Assembly: GCF_006345805.1 (NCBI RefSeq) | Contig: NC_043024.1 | Coordinates: forward strand, 5,518,001 to 5,582,000 | Origin: Octopus sinensis | Lineage: Eukaryota | Direction of reading: 5' to 3' | DNA length: 64,000 bases | Shown: in pieces, positions 36,566-50,885 of the stretch | Position numbering within the stretch: position 1 is the first letter of the stretch | Layout: each line of letters opens with the position of its first letter | Made by a program: the position numbers and the translations under genes | The notes under the pieces: generated by a model | Database searches by the model: none | What the model was told of the DNA's origin: nothing | The model's input: the letters and a program-made list of their open reading frames with translations, nothing else

Positions 36566-39443
36566 GGGCAAATCGAAGTGAAGTTGATACCCCCGTCAAC
36601 GATGCTATCTCTGATGCCCTTTATTCTGCTTGTTCCCCAACTCCCACCCCTCAGACTTCACAGCTCAGCATCGTCTACACCAACTCGTGCTCCTTATTCC
36701 CAAAATTCAGTGAACTATTTACACTGGCCATACGTGACTCCCCTGATGTGATAGCTATCACCGAGACTTGGCTGACTCCAGCAGTAAAGGACTCAGAAAT
36801 CCACCTGCAGGGCTACGTCCTTTTCAGATGTGACAGAGGAAAAAGGCGAGGTGGAGGTGTTGCTGTGTATGTTAAGTCTGAGCACAAACTGTCCTGCGGT
36901 ATTCTACCCACAAATGCTCAACCTACAACCAAATTCGATGCCGTCTATTGCAAGCTGAGCCTATCTGAGTTTTGCCTGCCCGTGTTGGCTGTCTACAGGC
37001 CGCCTCTAGCCGACCCCCAGGACGATGCTCATCTACTCGAAGCGATAAGATTCGTTTCAGCTTCGCATGACTGCTTGGTACTAGGCGACTTCAACACTCC
37101 CACGATCGATTGGCCCGCATCAATTTGTACAACATCTTCCTGGTTCGGCCAGGCCCTTCTTGACGTGGCTGAAGATTGTTTTCTATCGCAACATGTTGAA
37201 TATCCGACAAGGCATCGGTCTGGGCAGCAGCCATCTATGCTAGATCTGGTATTCTCCCGCTATCCAAGATCAGTGTCAGACGTATCTGTGTGCGCCCCTC
37301 TTGCCAAGAGTGATCATGCGGTCCTGAAGTTCGTCATGCACACAACTTTTTCCACGCCCACGATTACTTCGCTGCCACGTAGTCTTCTCTGCAATTAATA
37401 TTGAAATTCTAACCGAGGCTTCCGCGCTTCTGGACTGGCAATCTCTGATGACGTTGTCCTCAGTTGACGAACTATGGTCATCCCTCAAAGCATATGTAAT
37501 CTGTTTGACTGACCAGGCAGTTCCCGTTGGGCTTCCAAAGAGGAAGAAACACAAGCCCTGGGTGACGAAGAATGTTAAACGAGAACGTCGACTCAGAGAT
37601 ATTGCTTGGGCTGAATTCAAAAATCTGGATTCGACTGCAGCTTTTGAGGTGTACAAAACTCAACGAGACCGAGCCATGAAAATTGAAAAGAAAGAACGCT
37701 TCAGTTATGAATACAAAATCGCGGCAAATGCCAGTAGCAATCCAAAAACCTTCTTTGCCCATGTCCAGCGGAATTCCCGCTTGAACAACCAGATTGCAAC
37801 GTTGGTAGACTCAACAGGCGTATCGATTGAGGACCCTTATCAACAGAGTCAATTATTTGCCGAGGCTTTTTCAACTATTTTCAAACAAGATGATGGTCGT
37901 GAACCCCCTCCATTTGATAGATCGGTACCTCCAATGCTTCGATTGATCATCACGCGGGACGAAGTCAAACGTGTTATTCAAGGCCTCGATGTCAACAAGG
38001 GTCACGGCCCTGACGGCATACACCCACGGGTTATCAAAGCGTTGGCTCCGGTCATCTGCGAGCCCTTAACACGACTATTCAATATGTCATTGGGTGTTAT
38101 ACCTGCAGACTGGAGAACAGCGATAATCTGCCCAATTTTCAAGAAAGGGAGCCGCGAAGACCCGCTTAACTACCGACCGGTTTCCCTTACATCAATAATC
38201 AGCAAGATGTTCGAAACCATCCTTAAGAAAAGTATGATGCTCCACCTCCTAAACACAGCCTCGATCACTGATTCCCAACACGGCTTCGTGCCGAAGAGAT
38301 CATGCTTGACCAACTTACTAGTAATGGAAGAATTGGTGACGCGCATCCTCGATGATAGTGATGCTGTTGACATCGTTTTATTGGACTTTGCCAAAGCTTT
38401 TGACTCGGTAAACCACCGCCTACTACTTGTCAAGCTTCAAGCATATAGTTTCCATCCGGATATTGTACGATGGGTTGGTGCCTTCCTTTCAGATCGCTCC
38501 TTCCAAGTTCAAGTTAATGGTTCGCGGTCCGACGTCTCCAGTGCGAGCAGTGGCGTGCCTCAAGGTTCAGTGCTTGGGCCCTTGTTGTTCTTAGTCTTCA
38601 TAAATGACTTGCCCGACGACCTCACGCAACACACCCTTCTATTTGCCGACGATATCAAACTGGTCGCTCCTCGCGGTAGCATAGAGGATCTTCGTCGATG
38701 CCTCCACCAAATTTGGAAGTGGTCTAACGATTGGGACCTGTGTCTGAACGTGTCAAAGTGCTGTCATCTGCCTGTCGGCTCTACTCCTGCAACTCAACTT
38801 GATTTCGAGCCGGGTCGTCTGCTGCTGGAGAGGACCGATCAGGTAAAGGACCTAGGTATCTTGGTGGATTCCTCCTTTTCGCCTTCGGCCCAGTGCGTCC
38901 ATGCTGCCAACAAAGCGCGCGGAATTCTGTTTTTGATTCGACGGTCATTCGGAATGCTCACAGCAGGCCATATTCCTGCCACTCTATGTCACGCTGGTGA
39001 GACCCATATTGGAGTATGGGATTCAAGCCTCTTCTCCTTATCTCCTCAAAGACATACAGCATCTCGAAAGAGTCCAGAGGCTGGCTACCCGCATGGTTCA
39101 TGGTCTCAAAAATTTGTCCTACGAAGAAAGGCTGAGGACGCTCGATCTTTATTCTCTTGAAAAACGCCGCCGCCGTGGTGATCTCATTCTCGCCCACAAC
39201 ATCATAAGCAGGAAGTGTAACCTCTCGAAAGAGCTGTTCTTCACTCCTGCTCCGGAGCGTCGGCTGCGGGGTCATTCCGAAAAGCTCTACCTGCGACGAT
39301 TTCATCTCAATCGAAGGAGAGGAGCTTTCTCTGTCCGGGTTGCGGATCCGTGGAACAAGCTGCCAGACGAGATGGTGAAGATGCCGACGACCGCTTTGTT
39401 CAAAGCCTCCCTGGACCTCAAGTGGCCTGAACTCTTTACATGA
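36562..39443 (+). pseudogene. LINE ORF2 (endonuclease + RT) with two frameshifts
   Basis: AITETWL, LGDFN, SDH (EN); QHGF, DFAKAFDSV, GVPQGSVLGP, FADD (RT); frameshifts near 37385 and about 38965. Confidence 0.9.
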
Positions 39444-39531
39444 ACACCACCCTGTACTTAACTCCATGTCCCCCTACATGGCCTTGCTATTTGCTTTTGA
39501 GCCAAATTAATTAACTAACTAACTAACTAAC

Positions 39532-39965
39532 ATTGAAACTCCGACGTCTGGCAGCTGACCTGGCAGACACCCATAAAATTATCAACCATCGCACAAACAA
39601 TAACACTGAGCACCTCTTCAAACTCCACCTATCTAACACCCGTGGACATATTTAATAAGGCAGAAAACAGCACAGCTCCCATGACTTCAGGAAACATTTT
39701 TTCACGCTGAGAGTTGCTGAAGCGTGGAACAAACTGCCGGCATTGGTTGTTAGTTGTCGGAGCACTGCATCCTTCAAGACTTCCATGCTTCCTGAGATTC
39801 GCCAACACTACACTTGATTTTCTCCCCTCCATACACACACAAGCATGTTCACTTTCCAGACATTTCTACATTACTGCATGTACTTTATATGCACTTTCTG
39901 ACAAGTTGTGGTGCACCTGAGCACTGTATACAATAATTTCATTATTATTATTATTATTATTATTA
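39532..39965 (+). mobile_element. CR1/L2-type LINE 3' end (second family) with (ATT)n tail
   Basis: LRRLAADLADTHKII...TRGH...FFTLRVAEAWNKLPA, then 3' UTR and tail. Confidence 0.78.
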
Positions 39966-40344
39966 TAAAACATCTTTTTCTCTTGGCTTTATGAAGAAAA
40001 TTCTATAGTTTGTAAGATATTTGTTGTCTTTTTCCTTCAATTTCTGCAATTTCAACCAATCAATGACGTCTATTGAGGTGAAAACATTCTGTGCCATATG
40101 AATATGTCCCTCGTATAAGAAACAGATTGGGTTTATTTACATTTGTGAAGAAAAATAGATACCCTTCCCCCCCCTAACCCTAAAACAGATTGAAATGCAA
40201 TAGATCGTATTTGTTTAGTGAAATTCTTTCTTTTAACTGGTATTACTTAATTAGAGTGGTACAGGTGCGTGCACTAGCTAGTCGTGACTAGTCGATCCTA
40301 CGACTACGTAGCAAAGTAAATAAAACACAAAATACGTAATTTTT

Positions 40345-40348
40345 TTTA

Positions 40349-40395
<47 letters not shown>

Positions 40396-40404
40396 GTATA
40401 TGTA

Positions 40405-40494
<90 letters not shown>
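40345..40494. repeat. (TA)n microsatellite
   Basis: Direct reading. Confidence 0.95.
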
Positions 40495-40496
<2 letters not shown>

Positions 40497-43400
40497 CATC
40501 ATCATCGTTTAACGTCCGTTCTCCATGCTAGCATGGGTTGGACGGTTCGACCGGGGATCTGGGAAGCCAGAAGGCTGCACCAGGCTCCAGTCTTATCTGG
40601 CAGTGTTTCTACAGCTGGATGTCCTTCCTAACGCCAACCACTCCGTGAGTGTAGTGGGTGCTTTTTACGTGCCACCTGCACAGGTGCCAGGCGAGGCTGG
40701 CAACGGCCACGGTCGGATTGGTGTATTTTATGTGCCACCGGCACGGAAGCCAGACGAGGCGGTGCTGGCATCGGCCACAAGTCGGATAGTGCTTTTTACG
40801 TACCACCAGACCAGGGATCCTGGCTGGTTCAATTCGATTTCGCTTGCCCCAACATGTCTTCGCAAGCAAGGGGGTTGGCATGGGTGCCTGTCGTATGGTC
40901 AGATTGGTGTATTTTACGTGCCACCGGCACGGAAGCCAGTGGAGGCGGCACTGGCATCGGCCACGAGTTGGATAGTGCTTTATACGTACCACCAGACCAG
41001 GGATCCTGGCTGGTTCAATTCGATTTCGATTTCGCTTGCCCCAACATGTCTTCGCAAGCAAAGGGGGTTGGCATGGGTGCCTGTCGTCGGATGAGGTTCT
41101 ATATCGACTTCACTTGCCTCAACAGGTCTTTGTGTCCAAGGGAGGAAAGGCATTCATAAGTGGGCTGGGCTCACTTGTCCTGCCTGGTCTTCTCACGTAC
41201 AGAATATTTCCAAAGGCCTCGGTCGCTGGTCATTTCCTCAGTGAGGCCTAAAGTTCGAAGGTCGTGCTTCACCACCTCGTCCCAGGTTTTCCTGGGTCTA
41301 CCTCTTCCACGGGTTCCCTCAACTGCTAAGGATTGGCACTTTCTCACACACCTATCTTCATCCATTCTCGCCACATGACCATACCGGCGCAATCGTCTCT
41401 CTTGCACACCACAACTGATGCCTCTTAGGTACAACATTTCTCTCAAGGTGCTAACGCTCTGTCGAGTATGTACACTGACATTACACATCCATCGGAGCAT
41501 ACTGGCTTCATTCCTCACGAGCTTACGCATGTCCTCGGCAGTCACGGCCCATGTTTCACTGCCATGTAGCATTGCTGTTCGTACACACGCATCATACAGT
41601 CTGCTTTTACTCTGAGCGAGAGGCCTTTAGTCACCAGCAGAGGTAAGAGCTCCCTAAACTTTGCCCAGGCTATTCTTATTCTAGCAGTTACACTTTCAGC
41701 GCACACCCCCACTACTGACTTGGTCACCTAGATAACGGAAGCTATCAACTACTTCTAGTTTTTCCCCTTGGAAAGTGATGGAAGTTATTTTCTGCAGATT
41801 TTCGGAGGTTAATGCTCCTGAGCATCTGCCACATACAAAAACTATCTTCCCAGTTAGCCTACCTTTGACATTGCTGCACCTCTTATGTGTCCATAGCTTA
41901 CACTGGGTACATCTTATAGAGTTTCTACCTACACCTTTTCTACAGATCGAGCAGGGCCATCTTCCTGAAGACATTTGTGGATTGTCTACCTTCCTACTTA
42001 TTAGTACTTTGGTTTTAGCTAGGTTGACTCTAAGGCCCCTCGATTCTAAACCTTGCTTCCACACCTGGAACTTCTCCTCCAGCTCTGATAGTGACTCAGC
42101 AATAAGAGCAAGGTCGTCAGCGTAGAGGAGCTCCCAGGGACAACCTGTCTTGAATTCCTCTGTAATTGCCTGGAGGACTATGATAAATAGGAGGGGGCTG
42201 AGTACTGAACCCTGGTGGACCCCAACCTCTACTTTGAATTCTTCTGTGTACATGTTGCCAACCCTAACCTTACTTACGGCATCTCTGTACATGGCTCGCA
42301 CAGCTCTCACTAACCATTCATCTATCCCTAGTTTCCTCATTGACCACCAGATAAGGGATCGGGGGACCCTGTCGAAGGCTTTCTCCATGTCAACAAAAGC
42401 CAGGTACATGGGCTTATCTTTGGCTAGGTATTTCTCCTGCAGCTGCCTTACCAGGAATATAGCATCAGTGGTACTCTTCCCTGGCACGAACTCAAACTGC
42501 ATCTCATCTAAACTAACTCTCTCTCTAATTAGTTGGGCTATGACCCTCTCCGTAACCTTCATTACTTGATCCAACAGCTTGATACCTCTGTAATTATTTG
42601 TATCTAGGGCATCACCTTTACCTTTGTAGCAGTTGACTAGTATGCTGCTACACCAGTCATTGGGTATGACTCCTTCGTGTATCACTTGGTTGACTATACG
42701 GGTGACTAGGCTATAGCCAACACTGCCAGATATTTTGAGCATCTCTGCAGTAATTCCTGATGGGCCTGGGGCTTTCCCTGTTTTCATGCTTCTAATTGCC
42801 TTAGCTACCACGGAATTATCAACTCGGATAGCTGGTCCCTCTGTTGGGTCAACATTCGGCAGACTCTCTTTATCCCATTCATTTTCTTTATTCAGCAACC
42901 TTTCATAGTAGCATCTCCAAACCTCTCTCTTTGCATCCTCATTTAGTGCAAGTGAACCATCATCCATGCGAACACACTTCTCTCCTACCACATCACGATT
43001 CTCTCTCACACACTGTCTTGCAACACGAAATACCTCAAGTCTTTCATCCTCACGGCTCAGAACATTGGCAAATTTTTTCTTATCTGCTTCCCCTCTGGCT
43101 AAATAAACCTGTCTCCTAGCTTCCCTTCTGGCTGTCTGATACAATTCCCTGCTACCACCGTTCCTCCAGTCCTTCCAAGCCTGTCTCTATTGTCTAATAG
43201 CCCTGTCAACCACAGAGTTCCACCACCATGTTACTCTGGGTCGAGATGGTACTTTGCTCCATCCACAGATCTGGTCAGTGGCTGTCAGCAGATTGTCCCG
43301 TAGAAATCTCCAGTTGCCTTCCACATTAAGTGAAGCTATATCCCCTTCTATTTCGTCAAAGGCTTCGAGTAGTATGTCTCTAAATCTCTGTCCATTTGCA

Positions 43401-44544
43401 GGATCTTTAAGCTTCCAGATCCTTCTCCTCCAAGCAGGTCTTCTGGGCAACCATTTAGCTCTGATCCTGAAGTCGCTAACTACTAATCTATGTTGAGGAG
43501 TACATTCTTCGCCTGGAAAGGTTTTGGCATTTATAAGCAGCCCTCTTTCCCTTTTTCTGGCAAGGATGTAGTCAATCTGGCTGGTGTGTCTGCCAGAACG
43601 GTAGGTGACTAGGTGAGAGGTGGGTTTCCTGAAGTTGGTATTGCAGACCATAAGGTCATTTGCATCGCAGAACTCCAGCAGCCTGGTTCCATCCTCATTT
43701 CGAGAGCCAAAACCATAGCCTCCATGGACGCCATGGAAGTCCCCGACATGCCGTCCGACATGTCCATTGAAATCACCTGCCACGAAGAGAAGGTCACTGT
43801 CATTTGTCAACGAGGTAGTCCGCAATAGGGTGTCATAGAATTGGTCTTTTTGTCCTTCTGGTAGTCCTGGTTGAGGGGCATATGCCGAGATGATGGTAGC
43901 TGTCATGTGGTGAAGGACTAATCTAATTTTAATTACTCTGTCACTTACTCTGACTACCTCGATTACCGTACCCACCCATTTCTCTGCAAGAAGTATACCC
44001 ACGCCCCCGACCCCGTCAGTGTTCCCTGCCCAGAAAATCTTGTACCTGTGTTCCTTGCCTGTGAGGAGCCTAGCGGAACCTCCTCTCCACCTTACTTCCT
44101 GGATACAACATACATCCACACGTCTCTGTTCAAGCAGCTCTACAATCTCTCCAGACCTACCTTTCAATGTGCCAACATTGAGTGTGCCAACTCTGAGGGT
44201 GTGGGAGGTGTAGGCCTCTGAGACCCTGGGATGAGGGACAGTCGTGTCATGTACCTGAAAAGAAAGCTTGCAGTTGGCAGATTTCATACTGAAACACTAG
44301 ACTTCAACCTGCATACATTTCACAGTTTTTGCGCTACATGATCAAATAAACCCTACATGGGGATGGGGGTGGGGGTGGTAAGTAAGACTGGGTTAGAAAC
44401 TTCCATACCGCTGCATACGTTTCACCGTTTTTGCTCCATATGATCAAAAAGAACCGACGTGGATGTATACGCGGGGGGGGGGGGAGTCAAGACAGCGTAG
44501 AAACTTCCGGTTATTGATGGAGGGGGTGGGAGGGCGAGCGCCTC
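40495..44544 (-). mobile_element. Near-full-length RTE-clade LINE, frameshifted
   Basis: ATG at 44287; EN (LNVGTL...CIQEVRW, GDFNGH) 43187-44287; RT ([21 protein letters not shown]) 41696-43144; C-terminus to 41171; (GAT)n tail at 40495. Confidence 0.92.
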
Positions 44545-45091
44545 GAAGGAGCAGCGAGAATGAATATAAATCGTAGGGAATATTACACACCATCTAGAAA
44601 CTTTGGAAGGAGCAGCGAGAATGAATATAAATCGTAGGGAATATTACACACCATCAAGAAACTTTGGAAGGAGCAGCGAGAATGAATATAAATCGTAGGG
44701 AATATTACACACCATCTAGAAACTTTGGAAGGAGCAGCGAGAATGAATATAAATCGTAGGGAATATTACACACCATCTAGAAACTTTGGAAGTTGCAGCG
44801 AGAATGAATATAAATCGTAGGGAATATTACACACCATCTAGAAACTTTGGAAGGAGCAGCGAGAATGAATATAAATCGTAGGGAATATTACACACCATCT
44901 AGAAACTTTGGAAGGAGCAGCGAGAATGAATATAAATCGTAGGGAATATTACACACCATCTAGAAACTTTGGAAGGAGCAGCGAGAATGAATATAAATCG
45001 TAGGGAATTACACACCATCTAGAAACTTTGGAAGGAGCAGCGAGAATGAATATAAATCGTAGGGAATATTACACACCATCTAGAAACTTTG
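44545..45091. repeat. 61-bp tandem repeat, 9 copies
   Basis: Unit GAAGGAGCAGCGAGAATGAATATAAATCGTAGGGAATATTACACACCATCTAGAAACTTTG; one copy has a 2-bp deletion (9x61-2=547). Confidence 0.95.
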
Positions 45092-45149
45092 AAAATATTA
45101 GTAGAACATAATCTTATTTTTATAAGAATGCCATATTAGTATGGCGATA

Positions 45150-45263
45150 ACTATATATGTATATGTATATATATATGTATATGTATATATATATGTATAT
45201 GTATATGTACATATACATGTATATATATATGTACATAATATGTATATATATATGTATATGTAT

Positions 45264-45296
<33 letters not shown>

Positions 45297-45556
45297 GTAT
45301 ATAGGTATATATATATAGTATATATATATATATATGGATATATAATAATATATGTATATATATATATATATATGTATATCTATATATATATATATATATA
45401 TCTATATATGTATATATATATGTATGTATATATTATATATATATGTATATATATATTATATATATATATATATGTATATTATGTATGTATATATGATGTA
45501 TATATATATATAGTATATATATATTATATGTATATATATGTATATATATATGTATG

Positions 45557-45588
<32 letters not shown>

Positions 45589-45647
45589 GATATATATTAT
45601 AATATATATGTATGTTATATATATATGTATTATATATAATATATATG

Positions 45648-45681
<34 letters not shown>

Positions 45682-45779
45682 TATGTATAATATATTATAT
45701 ATATGTAGTATATATATATATGTATTATATATATATATAGTATATATATAATATATGTATATATTATAATATATATATA

Positions 45780-45814
<35 letters not shown>

Positions 45815-45926
45815 TGTATTATATATATATATGTATATATATATATGTATATATATATTATATATATGTATATTAATATATATATATATGTATAATATAT
45901 ATATATATGTATATATATATATATGT

Positions 45927-45959
<33 letters not shown>

Positions 45960-45961
45960 TG

Positions 45962-46002
<41 letters not shown>

Positions 46003-46024
46003 GATATATATATATATATATTAA

Positions 46025-46061
<37 letters not shown>

Positions 46062-46113
46062 TATATATGTATATATATATAATATATATTATGATATATA
46101 TATATATGTATAT

Positions 46114-46145
<32 letters not shown>

Positions 46146-46292
46146 TGTATATAATATAATATATATATATAATATATATAGTATATATATATATAATTAT
46201 ATATATATATGTATATATATATGTATATATATATATATATTATATAGATATATATATATTATATATATTATATATATAATATATATGTATAT

Positions 46293-46326
<34 letters not shown>

Positions 46327-46485
46327 TGTATATATATTATATATATGTTATATAATTATATATATATAGTATATATATATATATATATGTATATAATATA
46401 TATATATGTTATATATATATATATATTATGATATATATATATATATATATGATATATATATTATATATGTATATATATATATATG

Positions 46486-46554
<69 letters not shown>

Positions 46555-46555
46555 G

Positions 46556-46633
<78 letters not shown>

Positions 46634-46645
46634 TAATATATATAT

Positions 46646-46679
<34 letters not shown>

Positions 46680-46685
46680 ATATAG

Positions 46686-46725
<40 letters not shown>

Positions 46726-46739
46726 TTATATAGTATATA

Positions 46740-46782
<43 letters not shown>

Positions 46783-46826
46783 GTATATATATTATATATA
46801 TATATATAATGTATATATATATGTAT

Positions 46827-46862
<36 letters not shown>

Positions 46863-46871
46863 ATGTATATA

Positions 46872-46915
<44 letters not shown>

Positions 46916-46998
46916 TGTATATGTATATGTATATATATATGTATATGTATATATGTATATATATATATGTATATTATATGTATAATATAATATATATG

Positions 46999-47029
<31 letters not shown>

Positions 47030-47049
47030 TGTATGTATATATGTATATG

Positions 47050-47080
<31 letters not shown>
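45150..47080. repeat. About 1.9-kb interrupted (TA)n low-complexity tract
   Basis: Direct reading. Confidence 0.95.
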
Positions 47081-47081
<1 letters not shown>

Positions 47082-50000
47082 TCATCATCATCATCATCAT
47101 CGTTTAGCGTCCATTTTCCATGCTAGCATGGGTTGGACGGGTCAACTGGGGTCTGTGAAGCTGGAAGGCTTCGTCAGGCCAGTCAGATCTGGCAGTGTTT
47201 CTACGGCTGGATGCCCTTCCTAACGCCAACCACTCCGCGAGTGTAGTGGGTGTTTTTTACGTGCCACCAGCACAGGTGCCAGACAGAGCTGGCGAACGGC
47301 CACGAACGGATGGTGCTCTTACGTGTCACCGGCACGGGGCCAGGCGATGCTGGCAACGGACACGAACGGATGGTGCTTTTACGTGCCACCGACACGGGGC
47401 CAGACAGAGCTGGCAACCGGCCACGAACGGACGGTGCTTTTACGTGTCACCGGCACGGGGGCCAGCCGAGGCCGGCAACGGATGCGAACAGATGGTGCTT
47501 TTACGTGCCACCGACACGGTTGCCAGACAGAGCTGGCAAACAGCTACGAGCGGACGGTGCTTTTACGTGTCACCGACACGGGGCCAGACAGAGCTGGCAA
47601 ACGGCCACGAACGGATGGTGCTTTTACGTGTCACGGGCACGGGGGCCAGCCGAGGCCGGCAACGGATGCGAACAGATGGTGCTTTTACGTGCCACCGACA
47701 CGGTTGCCAGACAGAGCTGGCAAACGGCCACGAGCGGACGGTGCTTTTACGTGTCACCGGCACGGGGGCCAGCCGAGGCTGGCAACGGACACGGACGGAC
47801 GGATGGCTTTTACGTGCCACCGACAAGGGGCCAGACGAGCTGGCAAACGGCCACGAACGGATGGTGCTTTTACGTGTCACCGGCACGGGGGCCAGCCGAG
47901 GCTGGCAACGGATGCGAACAGATGGTGCTTTTACGTGCCACCGACACGGTTGCCAGACAGAGCTGGCAAACGGCCACGAGCGGACGGTGCTTTTACGTGA
48001 CACCGGCACGGGGGCCGGCCGAGGCTGGCAACGGACACCGGACGGATGGTGCTTTTACGTGCCACTGACACGGGGCCAGACAGAGCTGGCCAACGGCCAC
48101 GAACGGACGGTGCTTTTACGTGCCACTGACACGGGGCCAGACAGAGCTGGCCAACGGCCACGAACGGACGGTGCTTTTACGTGTCACCGGCACGGGGCCA
48201 GGCGATGCTGGCAACGGACACGAACGGATGGTGCTTTTACGTGCCACCGAAGGGGCCAGACAGAGTGGCAACCGGCCACGAACGGACGGTGCTTTTACGT
48301 GTCACCGGCACGGGGGCCAGCCGAGGCCGGCAACGGATGCGAACAGATGGTGCTTTTACGTGCCACCGACACGGTTGCCAGACAGAGCTGGCAAACAGCT
48401 ACGAGCGGACGGTGTGCTTTTACGTGTCACCGACACGGGGGCAGACAGAGCTGGCAAACGGCCACGAACGGATGGTGTTTACGTGTCACGGGCACGGGGG
48501 CCAGCCGAGGCCGGCAACGGATGCGAACAGATGGTGCTTTTACGTGCCACCGACACGGTTGCCAGACACAGAGCTGGCAAACGGCCACGAGCGGACGGTG
48601 CTTACGTGTCACCGGCACGGGGGCCAGCCGAGGCTGGCAACGGACACGGACGGATGGTGCTTTTACGTGCCACCGACAAGGGGCCAGACAGAGCTGGCAA
48701 ACGGCCACGAACGGATGGTGCTTTTACGTGTCACCGGCACGGGGGCCAGCCGAGGCTGGCAACGGATGCGAACAGATGGTGCTTTTACGTGCCACCGACA
48801 CGGTTGCCAGACAGAGCTGGCAAACGGCCACGAGCGGACGGTGCTTTTACGTGACACCGGCACGGGGGCCGGCCGAGGCTGGCAACGGACACGGACGGAT
48901 GGTGCTTTTACGTGCCACTGACACGGGGCCAGACAGAGCTGGCCAACGGCCACGAACGGACGGTGCTTTTACGTGCCACTGACACGGGGCCAGACAGAGC
49001 TGGCCAACGGCCACGAACGGACGGTGCTTTTACGTGTCACCGGCACGGGGCCAGGCGAGGCTGGAAACGAACACGAACGGATGGTGCTTTTACGTGCCAC
49101 CGACACGGGGCCAGGCAGAGCTGGCAAACGGCCATGAGCGAATGGTGCTTTTACGTATCACCGGCAAGGGTGCCAGACGAGGCTGACAGCGGACACGATC
49201 AGATGGGTCACTTAACCCCTGCTTTCTGATATATGATTTGATTTTGATTGTTCTCACTGGTCTTGCCGGGTCTTCTCATGCACAGCATACTTCCATAGGT
49301 CTCAGTCTCTGGTCATTTCCTTGGTGAGACCTAGAGTTCGAAGGTCGTGCTTCACCACCTCGACCCAGGTTTTCCTGGGTCTACCTCTTCCACAGGTCCC
49401 CTCAACTGCCAGGGTGTGGCACTTTTTCACACACCTATCTTCATCCATTCTCACCACATGACCATACCAGCGCAATCGTCTCTCTTGCACACAACATCTG
49501 ATTCCTCTTAGGTCCAACTTTTCTCTCAAGGTACTTACACTCTGTCGACTATGAACACTGACATTACATATCCAACGGAGCATACTAGCTTCATTTCTCG
49601 CGAGCTTACACATGTCCTCAGCAGTCACGGCCCATGTTTCACTGCCATGTAGCATGGCTGTTTGTACACATGCATCATACAGTCTGCCTTTTACTCTGAG
49701 CGAGAGGCCTTTAGTCACCAACAGAGGTAAGAGCTCCCTAACCTTTGCCCAGGCTATTCTTACTCTAGCCGTTACACTTTCAGCACCCCCACCCCCACTA
49801 CTGACTTGGTCACCAAGATAACGGAAGCTATCAACTACTTCTAGTTTTTCCCCCTGGAAAGTGACGGAAGTTGTTTTCTGCAGATTTTCAGAGGTTAATG
49901 CTCCCGAGCATCTGCCACATACAAAAACCATCTTCCTAGTTAGCCTTCCTTTGACATTGCTGCACCTCTTATGTGTCCATAGCTTACACTTGGTGCATCT

Positions 50001-50118
50001 TATAGAGTTTCTACCTACACCTTTTCTACAGATCGAGCAGGGCCATCTACCTGAAGGCGTTTGTGATTGGTCTACCTTCCTACTTATTAGGACTTTGGTT
50101 TTGGCTAGGTTGATTCTA
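47081..50118 (-). mobile_element. 5' truncated RTE LINE with expanded 3' UTR VNTR
   Basis: (GAT)n tail at 47081; RT C-terminus 49250-50118; VNTR in between. Confidence 0.9.
47260..49200. repeat. GC-rich minisatellite, about 30 units of 60-62 bp with two alternating variants
   Basis: Recurrent core GGTGCTTTTACGTG(T/C)CAC(C/T)G(G/A)CACGG; dimer period about 123 bp. Confidence 0.92.
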
Positions 50119-50151
50119 TATATATGTGTGTGTGTATATATATATAATTAT

Positions 50152-50196
<45 letters not shown>

Positions 50197-50273
50197 GTAT
50201 ATTTATATATGTATATGATATATATATATATATATGTAATATATATATGTATATATATATATATATGTATATT

Positions 50274-50304
<31 letters not shown>

Positions 50305-50658
50305 TATATATATATATGTAATATATATATATATATATATATAGATATATATATGTATATGTATATATATATATGTATATATATATTATATATATATGTA
50401 TTATATATATATGTAGATATATATATATATGTATATATATATAATATATGTATATATATATTATATATATATATAGATATATATATATATATAGTATATG
50501 TATATATATATATATATATGTATATATATTATATATGTATATGATATATATATATATGTATATATATATAGATATATATATATATAATGTATATAATATA
50601 TATATATATATATATATAGATATATATATATATGTATATATATATATGATATATATAT

Positions 50659-50694
<36 letters not shown>

Positions 50695-50807
50695 TATAGA
50701 TATATATATATATAGATATATATATATATATATATGTATTATATATATATATATTATATTATATATATAATATATGTATATATATATATATATAATATGT
50801 ATATATA

Positions 50808-50843
<36 letters not shown>

Positions 50844-50849
50844 TATATG

Positions 50850-50880
<31 letters not shown>
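50119..50880. repeat. (TA)n tract ending in (GA)n
   Basis: Direct reading. Confidence 0.95.

Positions 50881-50885
<5 letters not shown>

Larger units (their letters stand above)
34870..39531 (+). mobile_element. Near-full-length CR1-like LINE (ORF1 + EN-RT ORF2) with (TAAC)n tail
   Basis: ORF1, APE endonuclease, RT and CR1-type C-terminus in order; tail at about 39508-39531. The 5' boundary is approximate and no TSD was found. Confidence 0.9.

Noticed and set aside
44545-45091. Possible CRISPR array
   Set aside because: Contiguous identical units with no unique spacers, no cas genes, eukaryotic context. The same applies to the 47-49 kb VNTR.
45141-47223. Ile/Tyr-rich ORFs (also 40278-40631, 50209-51017)
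   Set aside because: Translations of (TA)n microsatellite.
47195-48982. 595-aa ORF and many overlapping ORFs in all frames
   Set aside because: Translation of the GC-rich VNTR, which is poor in stops; no domain and it lies antisense in a LINE 3' UTR.
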